Shown here one piece after another: positions 1 to 12,385 of a stretch of 39,194 bases of DNA; the stretch's first letter is position 1, and each line of letters starts with the position of its first letter. The notes beneath the pieces are model-generated. The model was not told where the DNA came from and did no database searches. It worked only from the letters and a program-made list of their open reading frames with translations. Made by a program: the position numbers and the translations under genes. Origin of the DNA: Halocafeteria seosinensis (Eukaryota); assembly GCA_001687465.1 (NCBI GenBank), contig LVLI01000095.1, positions 62,001 through 101,194 of the forward strand, given 5' to 3'.

Positions 1-626
1 GATGGGGTGGAGATGACATCACTTTGCTGCTGCATGTCAGTCGGCGAGGCGGTCCCATACGTTCTTGAGTGTGTTTGTAGCGGAGAGGAATGCTCCGTTC
101 GTTGTTGTTGGTAACTTCCAGCTCCACTGGTGCTACGGCTACGGCTGTCCTTTCTTCGAGTTCCTGGCGCATACTGTAGATCTTGATAAGTGTCACTCGA
201 ATGCGCTGTCGGAGTGCTGTCATCGTCATAAAATTGGTCTGTGTCATGTCCTTCCCCTTCCGCAACACTTCCACTCTCGGATGCGCTCGAGATATAGTCG
301 CTCGGGTGCTCCCAGGTGCTCACATTAGTCCGTATATTGTACCAGTAGGGTATCCCCTGTGTATCATCGATGGCTTTGACCCATTCAGGGTTCTTCCACG
401 TCGATACATTGGTGAGTGGATTGTGCCAAAAGGGTCTCTGGCTATTCTCATCGAAATACTGCTCCCACGGCCATTCAGCATGCTTCACCGCCTCGGGGTC
501 CACGCCCTCGGGGACCTCCCAGGAGCATTCACCTGTGACTGTATTGTACCAGAAATAGTCGCCTGTGGCAGCATCCTGCAATGGACGCCACTCCGCCGCG
601 GCGGGGGCTGAGGGACTGTTGTCCAT
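1..626 (-). CDS. Triple WW-domain protein, N-terminal part (runs off the left edge; missing from the ORF track)
   Basis: Manual translation from ATG 626 is open to position 1. It has three tandem WW motifs (EWRPLQDAATGDYFWYNTVTGECSWEVP; PWEQYFDENSQRPFWHNPLTNVSTWKNP; EWVKAIDDTQGIPYWYNIRTNVSTWEHP) followed by an S/T/Q-rich region. Confidence 0.85.
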   Translation of the reverse strand, partial: MDNSPSAPAAAEWRPLQDAATGDYFWYNTVTGECSWEVPEGVDPEAVKHAEWPWEQYFDENSQRPFWHNPLTNVSTWKNPEWVKAIDDTQGIPYWYNIRTNVSTWEHPSDYISSASESGSVAEGEGHDTDQFYDDDSTPTAHSSDTYQDLQYAPGTRRKDSRSRSTSGAGSYQQQRTEHSSPLQTHSRTYGTASPTDMQQQSDVISTP

Positions 627-1194
627 TGCCCTGCTCTGTATACTATAGTAACGGTATATATATACCGATATATAGCTGTATGATCCCGTTTGAAGGCAGA
701 TAAAAGGACACTAAGCACCATGTAGTCCAAGACAATCAATGCCACAATTCCCATCCTGTGCTGTCCTATTTCGCCTGCTGGCTGCTCTGCTCCCTGGGTC
801 CTAGGACCCTCATATTCAAGGCCAAGGCCGGTCCCTCACGCGGCGGGCGGCAATTTTGCCGGGATGCTCGCCGCTCAGCTCGGTCCAACCAACCTTTGCT
901 ATAGAGGGGAGGGAATTCATCCTTCGCGGGCAGGGTGCCCATCATTGGGGATAAACGAGTTTCTGTCCTGCAGCAGCAAGCAGCAGCAGAGAGAAACATG
1001 GAGGACGTTACACTTGTTCTACTTCTGCGGAGCTTGGCCATAAACCAGCAGAACCAGATAAAGCATAGCGGTTCAAAGCAGAAACATGCAGATGTGTCAT
1101 TATTCGACAACAAGGGAAGTGGGTGCGTATCACTCGTTCTGTGTGCTTGTGTTGCACAAGTTGTTTAGAGTAATGTTGTACCAACGAAGAGCGG

Positions 1195-3068
1195 TCAGAA
1201 GCAGCGACTCCGGAGCACTTTGAGTTTTGACTCCCATTCTTCTTTGTTCAAATAGCATCCAGCAAGTATACGACCACTTGTGGTACTAAACGCGCTACGA
1301 CCGTGAAGGATTCGACGGTTGTTGAACATTAACAACGTTCCTGAGTCACCAAGAGAAGCAGGCGTGCACACAGGAGGCAGGTACTGCTTATTCAAACAGT
1401 TGACACACTTACCAGGCAACAGTGGAAACCAAAGAGTGTTTTTCCCTGAGCGAATCACGCTCAAAAGATGTTTGAGATGGGTGTAGAACTCCAATACTCG
1501 GGAAGCATCCTCGCCTGCGTACCGAAACGACTATAGAACCTTGCGGGAGAAAGTGTTGCTTTGGTTCAAAACATACCCGGAAAAGGAATGATAGGGGAAC
1601 GATCATCATTATTAAATGCAAAGTCGATTACTTCTCCGTTATCGTCCGTTTGGATTATCTGTACCCCTCAAAACATTCCTTGTAAGCTATCAGCAGCTCC
1701 TATTGAAAAGTATGTATACATACACGTTTCCATTGAAGCAAAGAATAGCCAGGGTCTTTAAAATGAAAAGGAATAGGGCGCGAGGCAAAATACTCAAACG
1801 TATCAGGGTAACACTCTCTGAGCGTTGCCGCCACCTGGAACCCGTCTACAAGCAAAGTCTTTCCTCCTCCATCAGGGTCTGCTTTAAGGCAATGGAATGC
1901 TTGTAGACCTGGAGTATCTTCCAAATAAGTATTATCCGTATGAGCCGCCAGAGCTCGTGCTGAATACGCAGTATCGTTGGGGTCTGGCAGAACTTCCGTT
2001 CTCCACATTCCTGGACTATACAACGTTGGCCGAGGAAATGATATCCTTCTGAGAAACAATACAATATAGGCTGTCACGTCTTGACAGCGTAAACCAAGCG
2101 GGAATGAAGCATGTTGCTTACCTGCACACTTTTTCCGTCGCTTCCATTGTTGCAGGCACTTGTTCAACGCAACAGAATCCATACTGTGCGAGGGCATCTA
2201 ACCAGTCATGCAAGCCCTCATCTGTACGAACAACGTCGCTGTATTTAACTGAAGGAAGCTTGGGCTCCAAAGAGAGATGGGAACTCCAATAGGAGTATCC
2301 TAAACTGTTTGGAAACGCTCCAGAATAGGAACTGCACTCGGCTAGTTTATCTGTATCCCAGTGCAGTGGATGGGTTGGTTTATACTCCTCCTTGTTTTGG
2401 AACGCCCACCAGTTGGAATAACCGCCACCAATAAGTCCAAAATCTTTGATAGAATTTCCATTGGCAGTGTTATTGTGAGCACCGTATTGAATGCTGTATG
2501 GGGCTTCGTTGTCATACAAACCCGCGAGGCTGTGCTCATCACAGTATGCCCAGTTCCAAAGGAAGCTAGCAGAAAATGTAGTCTTCGCGCTATCATTCCA
2601 ACTAATCGTTACGCTTTGGCCCGTGTAGGATATCTCCGTCGGATGTATATCTTCGGGAATTTCGTGCGTATCGACTATGCGTTGGTATGTCTGTGGGTCC
2701 CATTCAGAGTTGTCCCTGTGTGCAGTGCGTGCGGGTACTCCAGGGACAAAGAGAGTCGTTCTATGGCCGATTCTACCTTCCGGTGACACTTACCTCAACC
2801 ATATATCATGGAACAAAACGCGTCGGCCGTTCGTGAAAGCCACTTCAGTTCCTCCGATCCCATCGTGTTTCGCTTCAGCAATCCCAAGTGCCTCGCTGCT
2901 GAACATCCGAAGGGCAGACTTCCGGAAATGCCGCTGCGTCGAGGCCCGAGAGGCACAAATTGTCCGTTCAAATGGTAATGCAATACTGCTTCTGCTGTGA
3001 TTTTGCCTCGCACATCCCCATTCCAATAGTGTGCCTAAAAAGCGGGTTCGTACGAGCGCGCCGCTCAT
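1195..3068 (-). CDS. TMLHE: Trimethyllysine dioxygenase-like Fe(II)/2OG dioxygenase (TMLH/GBBH family), ~507 aa, 6 exons, probable mitochondrial presequence
   Basis: Exons 3068-2794, 2715-2122, 2048-1724, 1658-1577, 1514-1413 and 1340-1195 join in frame across GT-AG introns. Motifs: FHDIWLRD, DTAYSARALAAHTDNTY (HxD), GLQAFH, GGKTLLVDGF, FNNDDR, NRRILHGRSAF. The N-terminus is Arg/Ser-rich. Confidence 0.85.
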
Positions 3069-4285
3069 AATTGCAAGACTACGATTGTTCCCAGAAACGA
3101 TGGCATTACGATCGAACAAACGCATACAAGTACGCAACCTCTCAAAAGAGATGAGAGACAAAACCGAAACATACACCATCACAATCCGCAGACTGGTGTC
3201 AACGTTTGTGAAGATGGGTGGACTGGGAATGCATTGTACAACCCCATGTACTATCATACAGAAGCCACCCTCGCTCTGGAGCAAGGATGCATGCCGGTTC
3301 TGCGTTCATAGAGGGGCGGAAGTTCCCAAAGTGGACAATTAAGGCACCTGTGCAATGAAATGACTCTCAGACTCAGTGCTTGGCAAGGAAGCCTGTGTCT
3401 CCCGGGTACCAAGAAAAGAGCGCAGGACCTGGAAGAGGGACGCGTAGTGAGAGTATACACCATTCTTGAGAAAAGATCCTCACTAAACTTCACTTTGTTG
3501 GCTCTAGGCTGCTCCCGCCGGCTGCCGTGGCCGTTGGTTTGCGACGCTAAACTTTACTGTACAGCGGATGGAAACCTACAATGGTACGATACATGTGTAT
3601 GTAGTCTAAATATCATATGCGGAAAGTGTCAAAACAGAAATTGAGGTGAAGACATATTTATTGTCATAAACACGCATCCGCATGCACAACCACACAATCA
3701 CGTACAGTAGGTACATGTACAATTCCAATTTTAACAGATGGCTCTGCCCATACATGTACAGTAAGGGGCATGGTCAGTTTCATCCGGGAATTTCGGAATT
3801 CTGAATCCCCAAACCCCTTGGCACAACTTTGGATATGGAAAACCGAAAACGAAGCATGTTCAACTTGCTCCATGTGGGCTAAATATATACGGAGACTTAA
3901 GATAGACCAAACAACCAAGGCGTTCAAAAGGACGTCACTCACTGGTCACTGTTTTCTGGGCAGGCAAGTCATTCCATTTGTCATTCGGCCCAAACTGTTT
4001 ACCTGGTGAGAAGACGCCATTGCTTAACGACGACATATTCAAAGAGATGATGGAACCGTGAGCTAAGAAATTCGCCGTGAAGTCCCAGGATCCCGACGGA
4101 CCAAATAGGCGGGGGCTCTTATAATAGACAATCTGTCGATCGCCTCCTCCAGTGTATAGAGCAGCTTTCTAGGTCCAGCTAAATGTCTGGATAATACTGA
4201 TCTCTCATGCAAACAGCAGCAGCAGGTTGAACCATTCTAAACCCACACGGTTTGTTTTATGTTTCTCATGGGTTTCTTAGAAACG

Positions 4286-7200
4286 TTATTTACGTTGATT
4301 TTTAACCTGTGCTTTCCGGTATCGAGTCCTCGGAATCTTGGTCGGGGCTTTGTAGTTAGCTCTGTGACCAACGACTTTATCCAGTACTCGTTGACACGGT
4401 CCACGTCGCTTTACGACTGGCTTCGCATTTGGTTGTACTCCACCTGACTTCTCCTGCAAACGAGTATTTGGTCCTACATTGCCGTACTTCCGTTGGCGTC
4501 CAACGCGCGCTGGCCTCCGCTGGCGACTCCGTTGAGCCTTCTTGGCTTCTCGTTGCGCTCGTGATGCTAGATCATTCTGCATACGACTAGCTCATAAAGA
4601 CATGTAGCAAGTTCGAGTGCGATTCCATAAAAAGATCCAATACAGAGAAAAAAAAATATTTCTTACCTGTCTTTGCCATAACAGCTCACCCTGCTTAATT
4701 ATAACAGAGTGATGACCACCCGTTCGATTGTTCGCTAAAAAGATGGTAGCCCGCCTGTCTCTTCGCAAGATATGCGCACAATAGTCAGCTCCCTGCGCAG
4801 TTACTCTATTAATGTCTAAATTAAGCACTTTTAACCCCTTACTCTCTCGCATTGCACTGGCCAAAGATCGAGTACCTGGATCACCGATGTGATTCCTGTT
4901 CAAATCTATCCTATTCACACTTGCATTCACTCGAAGTGCCTCTGCCAAAGTCTTGGCGCCTTGATTCCGTAGGTCATTGTTACTTAACTTAATCGTAGTC
5001 AGACTAGTGTTTACTCGAAGTGCAGATGCTAGGCATTGGATAGCTCGGGCGCTGAGTCCATTTCTGGACAAATCAATCGTTTTCACACTTGTATTTTTCC
5101 GCAGTGCCTCTGTTATATCTTGGACATCTTCGTACAGTAAGTTACCATAACTAAAATCCGCTTCTGTACAACTGCTATCGTTGTCCTCAAGACGTTGGAT
5201 TAGTTTAGCTTCCCGTAGCGCATCGACCAGGGTTTGAAAGCCTTGATCACTTAGGCGATTGTCGTCTAGATTAATCGTACTCACAACCGTGTTGTCAACT
5301 AACGCCTCTGCAAAATAGAAAGCACCTGCATCCGTTATTTGGTTCGTTCTCAAATTAATTGTAGTCACACTTCTGTTCTCCCGTAGAGCGTCAGCCAGAT
5401 ACTTGGCTCCTTTGTCACTTATTCTGTTCTCTGCTAAGTCAATCGTAGTTAGACTAAAGTTCACCAATAGTGCAGATGCCAAATGCAGCGCACCCTCATC
5501 CGTTATTTGATTGCTTCGTAAATCGATTGAAGTTGGAGTCCGATTTTTTTGCAAAGCGTTCGCCACCTGCCGAATTCCTTCGTCACTAATATTATTCTCT
5601 GCCAAATTAACCCTCTTCAGGCTAGTATTAACGCGTAGTGTATTTGATAAATGTCGAGCGCCTTCATGTGTTATACCGTTCTTTCTTAAATTAATCGTAG
5701 CAAGACCAGTGTTCTCCCGCAGCGCGTCTGCCAAACATTCGGTACCTTTATCGCCTATGTCATTCTCAGCTAAATTGATCCTTATTAGGCTCGTGGACGC
5801 ACTTAGCGAGCAAGCCAAGTGTCGAGCACCCCTACTACTGATTTGGTTTGTTCTCAAGTCAAATGTAGCGAGACTCGTATTATATCGGAGGGCCGTTGCC
5901 AAGCATTCAGCACCGTCGTCACTACTTCCATTGTCTGCCAAACGAGCCGTAGCTAGATTTGTAGTCACACAGCGTAGCGCATCTGCCAATTTCTTAGCAC
6001 CTTCATCGTGAATTCGGTTCTTCCCCAGACCAACGGTTGTCAGAGTTGAATTCTCTTGCAGAGCCTGCGCCAAATAAAGAGTACCCTCAGTCCCTATATT
6101 ATTGTTGGATAAGTCAATCTCTACACAGCTGCTATTCATTTTTAGTGCCTCTGATATCTTTCGGGAGTCTTCGTCCTTTATATCGGCTCCGTTAAAGTCT
6201 GCTTGGGTATACCCCTGGTCATTTTGCAGAAGCCGCTGAATCTCTTTGGCTGGCCTCAGTGCCTTTGCCAAAGCTTGAGAACTTGTTTGGCTTACTCCAT
6301 TCTTTTTTACATCAATATTTGTCACACTCCTATTCACACTTAATGAGTCTACGAAATAGAATACACCTTCATCAGTTATTTGATTCTTTCTCAAATTGAT
6401 AGTAGCTAAACTTGCATTCTCCCGCAGCGCAGACGCCAAGAACTGAGCACCGTCGTCAGTTATTCCATTTTCTTCCAGGTATAGTGCAGTGAGATTCGTA
6501 CTTGCAGCCCGTAACACATCCACTAAACAATGCACACCTTCATCAAGTACTGCATTTTTTCCTAAATCCAGTGTAGTCAGAGTAGTATTCTCTCGCAAAG
6601 CGTCTGCCAGAAATTGCACGCCTTGAGCAGTTATTTTATTATTGGCTAAGTCCAGTTCAGCAAGTGCAGTATTGTCTCGGAGTGCTTTGGCTATTATTTT
6701 AATATGATCGTCGTTTATATTTTCAAAGCTTGCGCGTGTATAACTGCTGTCATTGTCCTGAACACGCTTAAGTTTCTTAGCCTGCTGCAGAACCTTCCTC
6801 AAACCTCTCCGACCGTAATCACTGAGCTGATTATCTGAAAAATCAATAGCAGTCAAAGTCATGTTAATCTGGAGTGCGTTGATCAAACCCTGAGCACCCT
6901 CATCTTTTATTGTGTTGCTTCCCAAGTTGATCGTACGCAAAGTTGCGTTCACTCGTAGTGCATCCGCCAAACATTTAGCCCCTTTATCGCTTATTCCATT
7001 TTCTTCTAAATTGATCGTGGCTAAACTTTCATTTACTCTTAGTGCTTCAGCCAACAGCTGTAGACCGTTATCACCTATTTGGTTCTGCCCTAACTCTATT
7101 GAACTTAGAACGGGGTTTACCCGCCAAGCGTCTGCAATATACTGAGCCCCCACTTCACCAATGTTATTCAAGTCTAAATCAATCTCTTTTATACTCCTGT

Positions 7201-10200
7201 TCACTTCTAGTGCCTTTGCCAAAACTTGAACGCCTTCATTACCTATTTGATTGTTGCCTAAATCGATCAAAGTCAAACTCTCATTCCATCGGATGGCATC
7301 AGATAAATGTTTAGCTCCTGATTTCCCTATGTGATTACTACTCACATCAATCATTCTCAGGTCAGCGTTTACCTTTAAGGCGCCTGTCAAACTCAAAACA
7401 CCGTGAGCGCTTATCTGATTCTGGCCTAGATCGATAGAAACCAGACTCTCATTTGTTTGTAATGCATCAGCTAAAGATTTCGAACCAGGATTTCCAATGT
7501 GATTACTACTCAGATCAATTGTAGTCAGACTTGTGTTTACCCATAGCATATCTGCAATGCTCTTAGCGCCTCCATCATGTATTCCGTTGCTTCTTAAGTC
7601 AATGCTAGTTAGTCTTGTATTCGGTCCCAGGGCATTTGCCAAATAACCAGCACCTTGATCTCCTAGTTGATTCTTCGCTAAATCAAGTGCTTTCAGACTA
7701 GTGCCTTTTTGCAGCGCCATTGCCAAATGTCGGCCACCCTCACTGCTTACTTCGTTGCTTTTCAAACCAAGTACGGTGAGAATTGTATTGTCTTGCAGAC
7801 CATTTGCAACACAACGAGTACCTTCATCTCCAACTCTGTTATCCGCTAAATCTAAGATGCTCAGGCTTGTGTTTATTCTTAGCATTTCTGCTAGATACCG
7901 AGCACCGTCAACATCGACTCCGCAGTTAAATAAGTCAACCGTATGAAGGCTATCATTAATTCCTAATGCGTCCGCCAAAACGAGTACACTCTGGTCACTC
8001 ATTTGATTGTTTTGTAGATAAAGTGATGTCAGTCGGGTGTTCACTTGTAGTAACGCTGCCATCTGTTTTATATCGTGGTCTTGAAGGTTGAGACTGACTA
8101 ACCTGGCTTTAGTAAACCTGGGATCGTTTCCTTGGATGCGCTGAATCGTTGTCAGGTTCCTTTGCTCGTTCTGCTGTGTGGCCTCTACTTCATTTTCTTG
8201 TATTTCGTGGCTTCTATTGGCATCTCTTCGACGTTGTCGTCGCGGGAGCTTCGTCGCTATCTTTTGAGATCTTTCTGGGTAGTTCTGCAATAAAGATTGA
8301 CGTAATATGTAAACGAGCGCCATTACAAAAGAACGGTTCCTTACCTCATGCAGTCCATATAGCTTCTTCTTAACAAGCCGATCATCTATGGAATTATGGT
8401 TTAGAACAAGGACCTTTAGAGAAGTATTTTCCGATAGAGCATCAGCCAAATATTCTGCCCCATCATTAGTTATTGCATTGATTGATAAGTCAATCGTAGT
8501 CACGCTCCTATTTTTTCTCAATGCATCTGCTAAACATTGTACACCTGGATCACCTATTTGGTTGCTTTTTAGATCCAGCACAGTTAAAGTTGTATTCTCT
8601 CGTAGTGCCTCTGCCAAACAAGTTGCACCATAATCACCAATTCGGTTTTGTCCTAAAGAAAACGTATCCAAGCTTGTGTTTACTCGCAGTGCACCTGCCA
8701 GGCATTTAGTACCTTCTGTACTGATAGCAGTGTTGAATAAGGTAAGCCTACTCCGAACTCTGTTGGCCCGTAGTGACTCTGCTATGCTTTTGATATCACC
8801 ATCAGCTAAGGGAATATTACTAAAGTCACCCCGGTTAGGTATGTAGTTCTTGTGCTGGGACAATTGATTTGCTTGAGCTTCACCTCGCGCCTCATTCAAA
8901 ACCCGAGTCCCCTCATCACTCAACTGATTTCTTGCTAAGTCAACCTTAGTGGCATTCTTATTCGATTTAAATGCTCGAGCGAACGAAAATGCCCCTTCAT
9001 TTGTGATTTGGTTCCTCCTTAGATTCAGTATAGCTACACTCCAAGTCTTTGCAACTACGTCGGCCAGATATTCGGCTCCCATATCACCAACTCGGTTCTG
9101 TGACAAATGAATTTCACTTATACTTGTGCTTGTGCAGAGCAAACTCGCCAAATGTCGAGCGCCTTTGTCAGTTATTTGATTCTTCTTTAAATTCAATGTA
9201 GTTAGACAAGCATTCGTTCCCAGAGCCGCAACCAACTTCTCAACTCCTTCATCACTAATTGCATTCTCTCCCAAATGAATTGACGTTAGACTTGGGCTAC
9301 TAGTGTACAACGCATCAGCTAAATACCGAAAACCTTCATCGCTTATTCCATTCTTCCTCAAGTTCATCGTTGTCAGACACGGATTCTTTAGCAGACCCTG
9401 GGACAAGTACTGAACACCGGTGTCGCTTATGTCATTCTCGGTCAAGTGTATCATAGACAGCTTTGTACTGGACATGCTTATTGCATCAGACAAGCATCGA
9501 GCACCATCATCTGTTATTTTATTCTTGCTTAAATTTATACTAGTCAAATTGATGTTTTCTCGCACTGCATCTGCCAGATGTATAGCATCTTCTTCTCTGA
9601 TTTGAGCATTGCATAACGTAAGTGTGGTCCGACTGCTATTGAATTGCAGTAACTCTGTAGTCTGTTTGGCATCATTATAAGTTCGATTTTGTTGACCCCT
9701 ATCTGCGTCAATTGGCTCGTGATCACCGAGCAACTTAAGGCGAAGAGCCTTTCGTCGTGACTCGTCGAAAATGCGGATCCCGTCGTCACTCAGCTGATTT
9801 TTTGCTAAGGATATTTTAGTGACGTTCCCAAATATTGCGGCGAGATGCTCAGCACCTTGATCGCCTATCCCATTCTCCGACAAATGAATCTTCTTAATAT
9901 TTGTAGTTCTTCCGCGTAAAGCATCCGACAAATACCGAGCTCCTTCATCGCTTATTTCATTCTTTCGTAAATTTACTGTAATCAGACAAGTATGCTTTCG
10001 CAGAACCTCAGCAAAACTTTGGACCCCCTTATCACCAATTGCATTCTTTCCCAAATTAATCGAAGTTAGATTCGGAGAACCAGCGCACAGCGCATCAGCC
10101 AAACACCGAGCTCCATTACTGCTTATTCCGTTCTTCCTTAAGTTGAGCGTCGTCAAACACTGATTCTTCCGTAGAACCTCACACAAATATTGAATGCCTA

Positions 10201-12385
10201 TATCGCTTATCTCATTCTCCGCCAAAAGTATCTTGGACAATTTTGCACTGGTCGCGCACAATGAATCAGCCAAATACTGAGCACCTTCATCTGTTATTAT
10301 ATTCTTCCGTACAGTAATCATTGTCAATTTGGTGTTCTTCCGTAGCGTATTTGCCAAATGTATAGCACCTTGTTTTCTGATCCGAGTCTTGCATAACTTA
10401 AGTATAGTCCGACGTCCATTAAATTGTACTGCCTCTTTAATTTCGTCATCGTCATCACCAGCTAGGGTTTCATGCCTGCCATGTCCCTCGATACAGCTGT
10501 GATCACTGTTCTGGCGCCTCTTATGGGACTGAACTCCCTGCCGTCGCTCGTAGACAAAGCCAGTACGTTGGCCATTTGATTGTTTTTCTTGTGACCCAAC
10601 CTTTTTCACAATGATGCTGGTTTTACCCATTGCGTTGGCGAAAGCGGAAGCACCTTCATCAGTCAATTTATTCTTTTGTAAGTTGATAGTAGTCACATTT
10701 CTTGAAGCTCGCCCTGCGTCATCCAGATACTCAGCACCCTTATTACCTACTCCGTTTTCGGCCAAATGAATCGTCGTTATACTCGTCGTTAAGCGCAGCG
10801 CATTCGCCAAATGTCGAGCACCTTCATCGGTTATTTCGTTTTTCCTTAAATTCACCGTAGTCAGACACGAACTTACTCCGAAGGCTTTCGACAGATACTC
10901 AACACCTTTATCACCTATGTTATTCTCTCCTACATGAATATCACTTAGATTGGTAGGGCTTGTGCATAATGCATTCGCCAAATATCGAGAACCATCATCA
11001 TTTATCTGATTTTCCCTCAGGTTCACCGTAGTCAGACATGTATTGAATCGCAGAGCCTCCGACAAATACTGAATACCGTATTTATTGCGAATTACATTCT
11101 TTTGCATGTGTAACGTCTTTAGATTCGCGCCGGCAGTACAGAACGCATCAGCCAAGTGTCGAGCACCTTCATCATCTATTCGATTCTTCAGCAGTCTGAC
11201 TGTACTCAAATTCTCGTTCTTTCGTAGTACGTCTGCCAAATAGTGAGCACCTCGTGCATTAATCAGAGCGTTGGATACCGTAAGCAGAGTCTGGTTACTA
11301 TCCACTCGTAGCACCTCTTCTACTTCACGAGTAGCATAGACAGAAATGTTTTGATCGGTCGAATCTGCCAAGGCGTGACTGGGATCATTGTATTGGTCTC
11401 GCTTGTCTCGCTGGGCTTTCCACCGTGCCTTGTCCAGAGTTTGAGCGTCAGAATCATCGATCTCGTTCTGTCCGAAATCGATCCATGTCAGGCCTGTGTC
11501 CATGCCCAGCGCCGCTGTCAAATACTTGGCACCTTTGGAGGTAATTTTATTCCCCGTCACAATCAGCGTCGTAACGATTTTGTTCACCTTCAATGCATTT
11601 ACCAAAAGGTTAAGATCCTCGTCGACAATAGCATTGTATGCTACATCGATTAAAGTTAGACTTGTGTTTCCTCTGATAGCTCTAGCCAAGTATTTGATAG
11701 CTTGACCCTCGAGGCAGTTGCTACGCAAATAAAGGAATGCCAAATTTGTTTTTTCCTTTAGTACCTTTAAGAAACCATGAATACCTGGAGCGCCAATTCG
11801 ATTCTGTCCTAAATCTAGAGAAGTCAGTCTTATATTTCCAGATAGTGCGTTAGTTAACGAGGTCGCCCCCGGATTCCTTATGTTATTCCCACTCAGATCT
11901 ATCACATTCAGACCACGGTTCATCTGTAGCATGCCTGCAAAGCACCGAGCGCCTGCATCGCCTAAGAGATTTTTTCCTAAACCTATTGTAGTTAGACTCG
12001 AATTCAGTCGCAAAGCATCTGCCAAATAGTCAACACCTTCTTCGCGTATATCATTCTCATCCAAAAGGAGCACAGTTAGGCTCTCATTCACTCGCAGTAC
12101 CTCCGAGAAGCAGTCGGCACCTTGATCGCCTATTCGATTGTTCCTTAAATTGAGCGACTTCAGAGTCGTATTCCCCCGCAGGGCCTCCGCCAGTCGTCGG
12201 GCTCCTTCAACCTCTATCTCATTATTGCTCAGATCAATGCTACTCAGGCTCGTATTCTCTCGGAGTGCATCCGCTAGGTGTTGGAGGACTGTACCACCGT
12301 GTATGCTCCTCCCGGAGAGCAAGGCCTCCGTATAGCCTGTGTGATTGCCTCGGATACACTCAATAACATGTTCAATCGACTGCAT
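4286..12385 (-). CDS. Giant ribonuclease-inhibitor-type (NLRC3-like) leucine-rich-repeat protein, ~2669 aa, 2 exons, no NACHT domain recognised
   Basis: A 7.7-kb exon (12385-4667) of 28-aa LxxLxLxxNxIxxxGAxxLAxAL repeats. A GTAAG..GCAG intron (4666-4577) joins it in frame to a basic last exon 4576-4286, which is the 98-aa ORF in the track. Confidence 0.9.

Noticed and set aside
3730..4235. Possible minus-strand relic with a repeated VYxKSPxxFxPxG motif
   Set aside because: Several stops and no recognisable family; too weak to call.
4286..4582. Stand-alone 98-aa basic protein
   Set aside because: Better explained as the last exon of the LRR gene via the in-frame intron 4666-4577.
5511..12335. 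Plus-strand ORFs with repeated ASAKxxAP motifs
   Set aside because: These are antisense shadows of the LRR repeats.
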